The notes beneath the pieces are model-generated. The model worked only from the letters and a program-made list of their open reading frames with translations, ran no database searches and was not told the DNA's origin. From the NCBI GenBank assembly GCA_964035545.1, contig OZ037768.1, positions 15,793,875 through 15,857,874 of the forward strand: DNA of 64,000 nt, in the 5' to 3' direction. Below are positions 9,301 through 20,339 of this stretch, one piece after another; the stretch's first letter is position 1, and every line of letters begins with the position of its first letter. The stretch is from Bugula neritina (taxonomy: Eukaryota > Animalia > Bryozoa). A program made the position numbers and the translations under genes.

Positions 9301-11104
9301 CTTAGAACTCTGTCAGCATTCAATGATTGAAAAAAAACAAGTAGTTTGAAACAAATGAGTATTATGCAAAAAGTTATCGTTACCTATTTTTACATAATAT
9401 TGGAATAATTGCAGTCATATAATATATTTGTAACATATTTAATCTTTTTGATGATATCTACAGTATTAATTAATTTTACTTCAAGAGCTCAAATGTAAGT
9501 GCTATTATTAAGCAAGTACTAATAAGTTCACATACTTTTTGTTTGTGTCTATAATTGAAAAAAGATGATGAAGGTGATAATTATAAATTATTATTGCAAA
9601 TATGATATTATTATGTCATATGTGTAAAAATTGCTGAAAACAAAAAAAAACAGCTGTAGATATATTGTTTAATCTATAGCAGTTCTTTATTAGATAAAAA
9701 AAATTAAATGCTACACTGTTTAGCAAACACAGCAAGTATTGATTACCTATGGAGGTCAATCATGAAAGTTGGGCAATTCCAAATTACAGTCTGCTATTGC
9801 ACAAATTGCCATTTTCGTTGTCTCCAAATGTATAATTAGACCTGGAGATTTGCAACATTCTGGTGATTGCCTGCTAATTTATGGGTTTTCAACTGCTAAA
9901 TGGTGAAATTGCTAAATTCAAATGTTGAGTTTGATGACCTAGTTAAATAATTAGTGTGCAATTTCTCCTTTGTGACAATCTCCCCACACCTATTTCTCTT
10001 TTGGAAGAAATACTTTCATAGCTTTAGATAAAAGTTCACAGATTTATAAATTGCTAAATTAATAAATCATATAAACATAAAGATATAATATAAGCTGCTA
10101 AAATTAAGATTAGGTTCTCTCTGTATTATTACAAAATAATTTGCAAAGCTACATAAAAATGTTGAGAAAATTGAAAATTTTGGGAGAATTCAAACAACAA
10201 AATACTATATCCTCATATCTAAAAAGCTAACATCAACATGTGTAAAACAAGTATACTATACCTTTAAATACCTTGCAATGCTGTCAAATCCGGATGTTGT
10301 TATAAGATTTGGAGTTTTTATTTGCGGTAAGCAACAAGCAAAATGCAAAATCAATTATGTAGCAAGTTAAAAAATGCCTTTTCAGAAGTCAGTCAATTAA
10401 TTTAATCCCAAAATATTCGTTACATCAGGTAGCTTCTCATTCACACTGTCTATAGCTACTGTATGTTCATCACGTAAACAAGGCTGTGATATTCTAGAAC
10501 AGTTGCAATACTATAACAAGTATATGGTAGCAAATAATAAATAACTTAAAATTGTTATAATAATAATATGTTACCATCAAAGTAAGAAATATGTAAAGCA
10601 ATTAATCATGTAATACATATATTTGGTTTTTTTGCTTATATGAAACCTAATATGTTGAGTTGGTTTTGATGTTGAAATAACCAGCTAGTATAACTACAGT
10701 GCATTAATTCAGCATGATTTTGTTTTTAAAAATAGACTGTGTTAACCTTATAAATCAAAGGTGTATTGATTATTATAATATTATAGTATGCAGAACAGGT
10801 TGAAAACTTAAATACAGTGAATTTTTCTCATAAAGGCAAAGCAAACCATTCCCCTTTACAAAATTACTATAGAAAATGATAGCATATCAGAAAGTGTCTA
10901 CAACTTTAATTCTCACACAATGAAAGATCGAAGTTGGTGCAGTTAATTCATTGGTGCAGTTGAATAGTGTTCCTAATATTTTACGGAAACAGGTTACTCA
11001 GCTTTAACTACATTACAAGAATTGCCCCAAATTTTGATTCTACCAAATTGACTACCAGTTAAACAGAAATAGTGGGTGTCAACATAAATTACATAATAAG
11101 CTGA

Positions 11105-11240
11105 GGGAGCAGCTGTGGTCTAGGAGGTAGAGCGTTTGCCTAGTAAGCACGAAGTCAAGGGTTTAAGCCTGACAGAAGCCATTGGTGATGTTAGGAAGAG
11201 CATCTAGTCATTGCTCTTGTGTCACATGTGAATAAGTCTT
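11105..11240 (+). mobile_element. tRNA-derived SINE; related core fragments at about 8288-8325, 21868-21895 and 58392-58430
   Basis: A-box-like TGGTCTAGGAGGTAGAGC and B-box-like GGGTTTAAGCC, then a GGAAG(A/G)GCATCT(A/G)G..CAT..TTGCTC core that recurs in the window. Confidence 0.65.
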
Positions 11241-13397
11241 TTTCATCACATGTTCTCTCACAAGGATTGGGACTTTATTTTATTACATACATAATAAGCT
11301 GATTGTACAAGTGCATATGAATTTTGATAGACCATAAAATAAAGTAAATAAAGATAGAAGTTTAAACAAGTAACCCATACATTACAACCATTTTTTAAAT
11401 TTCTTATCAAGTAAGTTTCATGTAGTATAGCAGATTTCAATTTCTTTCTGAAAAATCTGTATTTAATCAATCTGCAGCAGTTAATTAAATCTATAAAATA
11501 GCATGTTGCTGAGAATTTGGCAAAACTATAATTTAGGAGTAGTAGGCTACAACAAATTATTTAGATCACATGTGAAACTTCTAAATGCAAGTGTCAAGAA
11601 CTTAAACTGTAGCTCTGAACAAAGATATAAAAACCCTTTGCTTAAAGGATTAAACTTTTATAGTTTCTAATTTCAGCAGTAACAGAATTAAAATTACATT
11701 TTGCCACTTATGATTTGTTAATATTGATTTTGCGGATTCCTCAAGTTGTGCTCTCTTGATTTGGTTGGTAGTTTGTAAAATAGGACGTTTCGATGACTTA
11801 TGTTCCTATTTATATACCATCACTCGTGGCGATGCAATGGGTTAAATTTAGCCAATCACGAAGCGTTTATAACAGCCACGTATTGCCAGCTTGATCCAAA
11901 TCATTATAGAGCCATGAACTTGACTGCAAAAGCATGCCTTATAACATTTATGATTGATTGATTAATCCATAGGAACTCAGGACGGTGGTAAACATACTAA
12001 TCGAGTTGACAGAGTGGACTTCAGGTGGCTGGTGTTGTAGAATTGTGGAATATTAACTGTAAAGTAGCGTGCAGTACCTTATTTATAATTTTCAGTTTAT
12101 ACAAAGTTTGAACAAGAAAATTACGACTGGGTCTGCAGGAGCACTGAGTGGATACACTATCCAGGTGAGGAAAATACAGTTTATATTAGCATCTTACAGT
12201 TGCGAATAATGTCATGCCTGGTTTCTACTGGGGTGAGTCAGCTACTTTAAAGCTGCATTTATTACTTACACTTGTATTAGTAGTTAGCTTGGAACTGAGT
12301 TCGTAGTTTCTGGTTTGGTGTTTGTGTTTTAAAACAAGTTGACGTTATTTCAAATAATTTTGCATTTAGTAATTTTCTACTGCAGAAGAATATAATGGCC
12401 AACAATACAACTCCCTACTGAATGCTTAGATCACATAAAATAAATGTTGATCTTTATCATTATTTAGTGTTAAAAGTTTGATCTATTTTATGTTGCTCAT
12501 ATAATTAAAATATCAAAGTTAGAAAACTTATTTCGAGGTGTCTGTATAAATAAAGAGTCTCCCCTCGAGAAAGCTCTATAGGATGTATTCACATGCATGT
12601 GTGTCAAGCAGAAAGATTATTTGAAGTAACTTGCATACAGCAGTGTTAACTTTAACCCTTTGCCAGACAGTTGAGTCACTAGGTGCAGAGTAGCCTGTGC
12701 TCTAGTGACAATAGTCTGAGTTTTCTAGTTTGTACTTTGCGGTTTGAAGTGAAATTGTTGACCAAATAGTCTATTGACATCATGTGAAGGACTACTGAAC
12801 AAAAAGGAATTATATTATCACCGAACACTTGCTAACACTACAGCAAGTTGCCCTGGTGAAGCAAACACCATTTTTCAGTATAAATTCATTGCTGTTCCTC
12901 AGAAAAGTCATTTTGAAAACGTATTCTATGTGTTTCACATGCAGACAAGTAGTATATGTATGTATACATTTTTGTAGAAAGTGAAAAATGGGGTTAATAG
13001 ACAATTTAGGTTGCAAATCACTGTCTTTGTATAATATTTGTTGATAAAATTTAATTTGTTGAGATAAACATGTGTGTACCAAGTTATTGTGATACTTATA
13101 ATCTATTTGCTTCAAGTGATAAGCATAGTACAGACTTCACACATGTTTATATATGCTAATATTATGTTTCTAGTTATGACAGCACGTGTTAGAACAACTT
13201 GCAATACAAAGGTAACTGCATGCCTGCTTGCAGTCACCACCTTTTGATAGGCTTATTTTACCATGTCAAGTTTCACTGTCTCATTGAGTTAGATTTTCTA
13301 GTAAATATGTTTATATTGCTGTGAGATAATACAATGTTGCTGCTGCTGTAGCTAGCACCACTTTAACTAGCGATAGTCTACTACCTAATACTAGTAA

Positions 13398-13399
<2 letters not shown>

Positions 13400-13437
<38 letters not shown>

Positions 13438-13620
13438 AGTGCTACTACATACAACTACTGCTACTACTATTACTATTGCTGCCATTACTATTACCTTTAA
13501 TACTAATAGTATTAGGTTACTGTTAGTACTCTTATTGTTACTGTTACCTTTACTTTAATACATTACTGCTATTACTGGTACTGCTACTGCTATTGCTATA
13601 CTAGTTATATTATTACCATC
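13400..13620. repeat. Degenerate (TGC)n/(TAC)n microsatellite
   Basis: Visible trinucleotide repeat. Confidence 0.8.
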
Positions 13621-14006
13621 ACAGCTAACCACAATAAATAGACAAGCAAGTTTAATTTGCATATTTCAAATAATATATCTTGGGTTGAACCTGCAATGAA
13701 TAATTCAAAGACATCTATTCAACTTACTGGATCAGACTTCTATTTTATAGGCAATAAATTATGCAGCCGATCAACTCTATAAAGAGGGTTTGCTTTCACT
13801 CTGTTGTTTGCATACAACTTAGGAAACACCAGGGCTAAGGCAGAAAATACTTTGCCTACATCTACCATGGGGTGTGCTGTGGTACTTTGATACTTTACTC
13901 TGTTTAAATCACTACTTCTATGTGTATCTTATGACTATTGTTTCTATTTTAGAACAAACCTGAAGTTACAGATCAAGTTTCAGCCTCCTCAGACGAAGAG
14001 AGAGTT

Positions 14007-17000
14007 ATGACAGAACAGACAGTCTCTACCCCCAAGCCTTCTGAATCTGGTGTGTGCTTCTTTAAACTTTAAACTCATCCAGCAACAATATTGATTTGCT
14101 AACTAAATCAATGCAGCAATACACATCTAAGTGTCCTCTAACAGCTATAGAAGTGAGGACTAATCACTGCATTAAGTTAATCCAACCAGCCTGTCTCATA
14201 AAACACTATATACACTGTAATTCTAATACTTGTGGTGTCTAATCTCCAGACATGATCATACAGTGTTTTGTAAAACAGCCAGCAGTTGACTCTCTAGGGA
14301 AAGTAACTAGAAAACTGGAAGGACTTTTTTACAGAGGGTAAAGCTTCATATTACTTGCAACTAATTGATGTTGTGTATATTTTTGATTTAGTAAAAAACT
14401 AGTAACTGAACAAACTACGATAACTGCTCCAATAACATGATAACTTTTCTGACGCTAAAATGGTTATATTGCATGAGATTGCAGAAAAAAATTTATACTC
14501 AATTTAATCCCATAATAAGTTTCACCAGGATTTTATGGCTACATCCATGAAGCACTGTTTTGCTCCGCTATACTGCTTTAGTTATTTCTACTATCATTGT
14601 CACGATGACCATTTAGCTCAAGCAAACTTGCTTTTATGACTCTCCAAAGCGATAACTAACAACAAGCACTCTTCTATATTTTCTGTTGCTTAGTTCTGCA
14701 GGTCAAGCAGTTTTGTTAACCTGAACATATAGTCCAAAAGTGTTCAAATATGAACCTTGTGCTATGAGTATGAGAAGTCATGCATTATAAACTCTATGAA
14801 TCACTAATGCATTGTCACACATTAGACCATTACTAAATGTTAATCAATTTTGTTACCCATAATAGTTGTGCAATGTGAGTAATTAACAAGTAATAAACAT
14901 ATTAGTATTTTTGTGACTTCAAGTTTTGTTTTTATCTGTAATATTCATTTAATTTCTAGTCAAGGTAATCAAATCTATTATCACAAACCTATTGAATAAT
15001 TAGACTATGATATACACAACACATGACTGTTATAATACGATGCACATATGATCACTTGACCATCTCTTTTAGATAACTATGCAATGGTAAAAATAAGTAT
15101 TTTACTTAAACAACAAGTATAAAACATCATTAAATTTCATGCAAGTGTTAATGTCGCCACCTGATGCTTGCAATTTTGCTTGGGTTGGTTATGCACCAGC
15201 AACTGGTGAGATTGCAGGTAAAACCATCAGCCAACATAACATGTGCAGGTAGCACATCTTGTTATTAGTAACCTTTAGAGGTGAGAGACTCTAAGCTGCA
15301 TAGAGTTAGCTGTGATTCTTACTCATGGTACACTGTACAGTAAAGCTACATGTACACAGGTCGATTTTTCATGAAAATCGGCCGATAAACTGTTAGCGAT
15401 TTTTTAGGATTTTTGAAAAATCGGCTGATTTTGCTTTTGGCAGATTTTTGTAGCGATTTTCAGAATTGAACATGTTCAATTTATCGGGCGATTTTCTGTT
15501 GAACCAGCCAATCAAAAGCTGGCAGAAAATCATGACAGCGAGCGAAGTTAACACCATTGTTGAAATACAACTAGGAAGTAATTAGTACGTTGCTATCACT
15601 ACGATGCATCATATATGAAAAAAAAATATAAAAATAACTATCAATCGAAGTAGTACTAGTAGTAATAACAACGCAATTTTTATTTATTAGAACATCAGAA
15701 TAAACATATTGCTTTTTTAAATAGAACACTGGTATTATTCTCAACTTTTACTCATTTATAATACAATTTATAACTTTTAGTTTTAATTTTTATATTTAAG
15801 TAACTAATATTAGCATCTCAACTTTATAGTTTAATTTTTGTTGAAAGAACAGATTTGCACTGATCGTGAATTTTCGTTAGTAATTTAGTTAGCTCCAAGA
15901 CGGCCGTTTTCTCAACATAAATATAATTGTGAGTTTTTGTTAATAAGTTAGCTCCAAGACGGCCGTTTTCTCAACATAAATATGATTGTGAGTTTTTGTT
16001 AATAAGTTAGCTCCAAGACGGCCGTTTTCTCAACATAAATATGATTGTGAGTTTTTGCTAATTGCTAAGTTAGCTCCAAGACGGCCGTTTTTCAACATAA
16101 ATATGATCGTGATTGGTGGCAGCAGTCAGTTCGGTGCTGCCTGCTGTAATATATATACCTCATCATGTACGATTCAGAGATTACTCAAAAATATGTCGAC
16201 AACTTGGAGAAGTTTCCTGCTCTGTGGGATAACTGTAGTAAGGTTTATTCAAACAAGGATGCCAAGAAGAGGGCTTGGGCTGACCTGGCAGCTCTTGTTG
16301 GAATATCGGCTGAAGAGCTTCAGACTCTTCACAAAACCAATAGAACTTACTTTGCAAAGGTAATTTAATATAATTTTATACTCACTGCATTTGGAATGAG
16401 AAAATTTAAATGATATTTAAATTAATATTCATACAGGTACTATGATTTTTAACAGGAGCACAAAAGGCGCTTTCATCAGCCGTCTGGAGCTGGTGGAGAG
16501 GAGCGCAACAAAAAAACATACCCATATTACGAGCAGATGCTCTTTCTTTTGCCAACTCTAAAAACTAGGAGCTCGCACTCCAACCTTATTGCTGAGGTAA
16601 GCAACAGTAGTGATTGTGGTAGTATGCAAATCGATGTAAACATACATTATTTATTAATAGGTTGTTAATTATTTCACATAATAATATGAGTTTAGGATAG
16701 AAATCAGATGATGGATGATGGAAGTAGTCAAGGTGATTCTTCACAACCATCTTCCACATCATCAAGGTCCGAATCAATACTTCTGCTGCCAGCTGCATCT
16801 AGGACACCTGTGACATCGCCCCCACCTGTGACATTTCCCCGACCTGTAACATCTCCCCCACCTGTGACATCTCCCCCACCTGTGACATCTCCCCCACCTA
16901 TGCGTGGCAACACACCACGTAACAGAGGAACAAAAGTTAGTAGTTAGGCTTTCACACAATAAAGGTGAACGTGTGAGAGCTGTATACCAGCTATTAAAAA

Positions 17001-20000
17001 TTGTTGTGCCTAAAAAATCCACATGGCAGGATGGTTTAATAACATACTTTAAACATAAGAATGCTTAATTAGGGTTAACTGTAATTCGATAACAGATATA
17101 GTGGTTTGCTTCATTTACAATCTTACTAAAATGTCAAATAAAAAAGATTTGATTTAAGTTGGGCAGGTTTGTAATACTTAACACTTTCTTAAATGCTTTT
17201 TATGTTCTGTTTTAGCGACCACTAGAATCCAATCCCAAAGATCATCTAAGGATGAAGTGTTTGGAGTTTCTGAACACTCCAACCAAGGACCACTTGGACT
17301 TGTGGGGTGATGCGCTTGTTGCTGACCTACGCCAGATCACCAATGTTGCTGTAAGCATTGTAACTAAAAAGACTCAAGACTTCGTTAGTTGCGATTAAAA
17401 TATTATCAAACCACTGCTTATCAATTCATATACTTTTTGTAGGTAAGGAGACGCTTGATGCATCGCCTGTCTGGGGAAGTTGTGGATGCTATCTGCCAGC
17501 AGTCGGAAACAACTAGGAGGCCATACGTGCCCAGTTTGCTGCCAGCTAGTGCTTCTGCTGAAGACGGTGCCGTAGCCGAATCACCACATGAGAGTACTTC
17601 TTCAATTTTATCGCAACTAAATGCACACATGACTTATGAATATATGTAAATTTTTGTATGTTGTGTAAATAAATATATGCATAGTTTTAAACAAAACTGA
17701 AACAAAAATATCAATATTTCTTGTAAAATATAATGCAAAATATGTAATATTTTAATCAAAAGTACATGCATTGCTAACTAGCAAAAGAGTCAATCATCCC
17801 GTTAAATGCTGTTGCAAACCCTGGCCAATAGCCACCATCCTATCCTGCCAGTCAACACGCCCAACCCCATTGAACCATCTGCAAAGAGTCTCCTGGATGT
17901 CTTTTGGCTCTCTACCTGCATGATTACCGGCCAGGCGACGTTGCAGTGGATGCAACTCTGTTTGAACTTCTTGTCGCCAGGTAGCATTCTCAACATACGC
18001 ATCGGCATCGACTGTGAATGTCATGGCATTGTTGTCTAGCAGATAGTTCTGCAATGCACAGCATGCCATTATGATGTTGTCTACCTTGTCAGGCTGCAGA
18101 TTAATTGGCCGCTGGAATATCCGCCACATTGCCACGAGTCTACCAAATGAGTTTTCTGTGATTAAAATAAAATATCGAAATTGGTAAACAAATCATTTCT
18201 TTAGTTTAACTTCACTGAATGTATTCCATAATTGTAATTAAAAAAAGTATTTACATACCAACAATTCTCCTGGCTCGACTGAGCCTGTAGTTGAACACCA
18301 GTTTATCGTTGCTGAGTGGGCCACGAGACCTTGGATATGGCTTCATCATGTACTTTTTTAGCGGAAATGCCTCGTCTGATACGAAGTGGTAGGGTACGAG
18401 GCTATCAGTGTATGGCAAGCATGCATCATCTGGGAGGTGTACTTGGTCACTCTCAAGTAACTCCTTCAGAGGCGACTCTCTCCATATGCCTGCGTCTGAA
18501 CTTCTGCCATTGGCCCCAACGTTTATGTAGATGAACCTACAAAGTATCAGATGCTGTCATTTTGTGGAAAGAGCATGTCTGCACTCAAATAAATTTGGGG
18601 TTGAAAATTAATTTTTGCATTCAAGAGAGTAAGGATGCATTAATTACCTTTGATTTGCGTCTGCTATGGCCATCAACACTATGCTTTCATAGCCTTTATA
18701 GTTGTGGAATGCTGAACCAGCAGACTTGGGCTTCATTATCCGCTAAAATAAGCCACAAACACCACAAAATTGAAATACTCTGCGCCTTGAAAATTGCCTA
18801 CAAATAACAATTTCATTTTGTAATACATACAATATGCTTGCCGTCTAGAGATCCGATGCAGTTAGGATAGTTCCATCTAGCAAGGTAGTCCTTTGCTACT
18901 GCTCGCCATTCATCTGCGCTCTGTGGAAACCTTAGATGGGTTGGCTGAAGCACTTTATAAATTGCAGCACACATCTCATGTATAATGTTGGATATTGTTT
19001 TTACACCTTCAATATGAAATGAAGAGCATACAAAAACAAAATAGTATTATGCAAACAACCAAGTAATATTACATTACATACTATTACAAAATATATATAT
19101 ACCTACCTAGACGAAATTGGTAATGAAGATCGCTCATTGTTGCCCCAGTTGCTAGGAAGCGTAGAGTGCAGGAAAGGCGAGTCCGAGGATCAATGGCAGG
19201 CCGCATCTGAGTGTCTTGTTTTTTTGTTAGTGGAGTGACCATTTCCAGCAGCTTGTCGAAGAGTGGCTCTGGCATACGAAAGTAGTGAGTGAAAGTCCCT
19301 ACCCTTCGCGAACTATCATCACGTAGCAGCTTAGGGACTGTTGTATTCATTGCACCTATAATTTAAAATACAAACAAGAAGTAATTAATAAATATACATT
19401 CCCATCAATATGATATTTAGGTGAGTTCAATTAATTTAGTATAGACTGCAATTAAACATTAATAGTTATAAATTAGAATCACCAAATAACTAAATAATTA
19501 AATAATTAAATGTCATGAAACACTCACCTATTTGTAGGATGTAGGTTAATGAAGAGAAGTAAGAATATTTTTTTGTTTAATTTAATAAGTCAATTGATTT
19601 TTAGTTTGAAACTCATACATTAAATTAATCTCTCAAACTTGAATTGCAATATTTCTTTGTGAGATTTGGCAAATAACTATACATTTTATGTACCTATAAA
19701 ATCATTAACAAATTTTCAATATTCGACTATTATTGAAATAGAGGTTTAAGAAATTGAATTAATTTTCGTTTAAATTTTAAATCTGCCTTTTAAGAGCAAA
19801 CTTTAAAGTCTTAGTCTAATATTGAACGCATGTTATTAATTTTTGTTGTTTTTTCAGATTATTTAGAGGATTTTACACAAAATAAGATTAAGTGTAATTA
19901 CAATATTTCAGTTTCACAACTTGAACTAAAAAATACTCATACTGATACAAAATTAGACAGCCTAATACAGTAATACTAATAGTAATAATAATTTACTAAT

Positions 20001-20240
20001 TATTTTATGTTATTCATATTGTTTGACATTAGGGATTTGTACTAAATCATTTATGAAATACAAGTAACTACATAAATTGAATGTATGTTAACGTACTACT
20101 ACTACTACTACTGCTACTGCTGCTGCTGCTACTACTAGTACTACTACTACTACTGCTACTACTACTACTACTACTGCTACTACTACTACTAGTACTACTA
20201 CTAGTACTAGTACTACACACTAGTACTAGTAGTAGTACTG

Positions 20241-20339
<99 letters not shown>

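Noticed and set aside
7980-10500. Possible minus-strand exons (e.g. about 8594-8653, MYTSSAQLVTKAHANQAQAR) of a gene divergent from TMEM263
   Set aside because: Could not be assembled into a consistent or recognisable frame; needs RNA-seq.
11105-11180. tRNA gene
   Set aside because: No complete cloverleaf, and it continues into a repeated core, so it is a SINE head.
15887-16110. Repeat array resembling CRISPR (also 30074-30277)
   Set aside because: Contiguous tandem units without unique spacers, in a eukaryotic context with no cas genes.
19520-19560. AG|GTGAGT recursive-splice-like site in transposase intron 1
   Set aside because: The intron is only about 1 kb and such motifs arise by chance; no supporting evidence.
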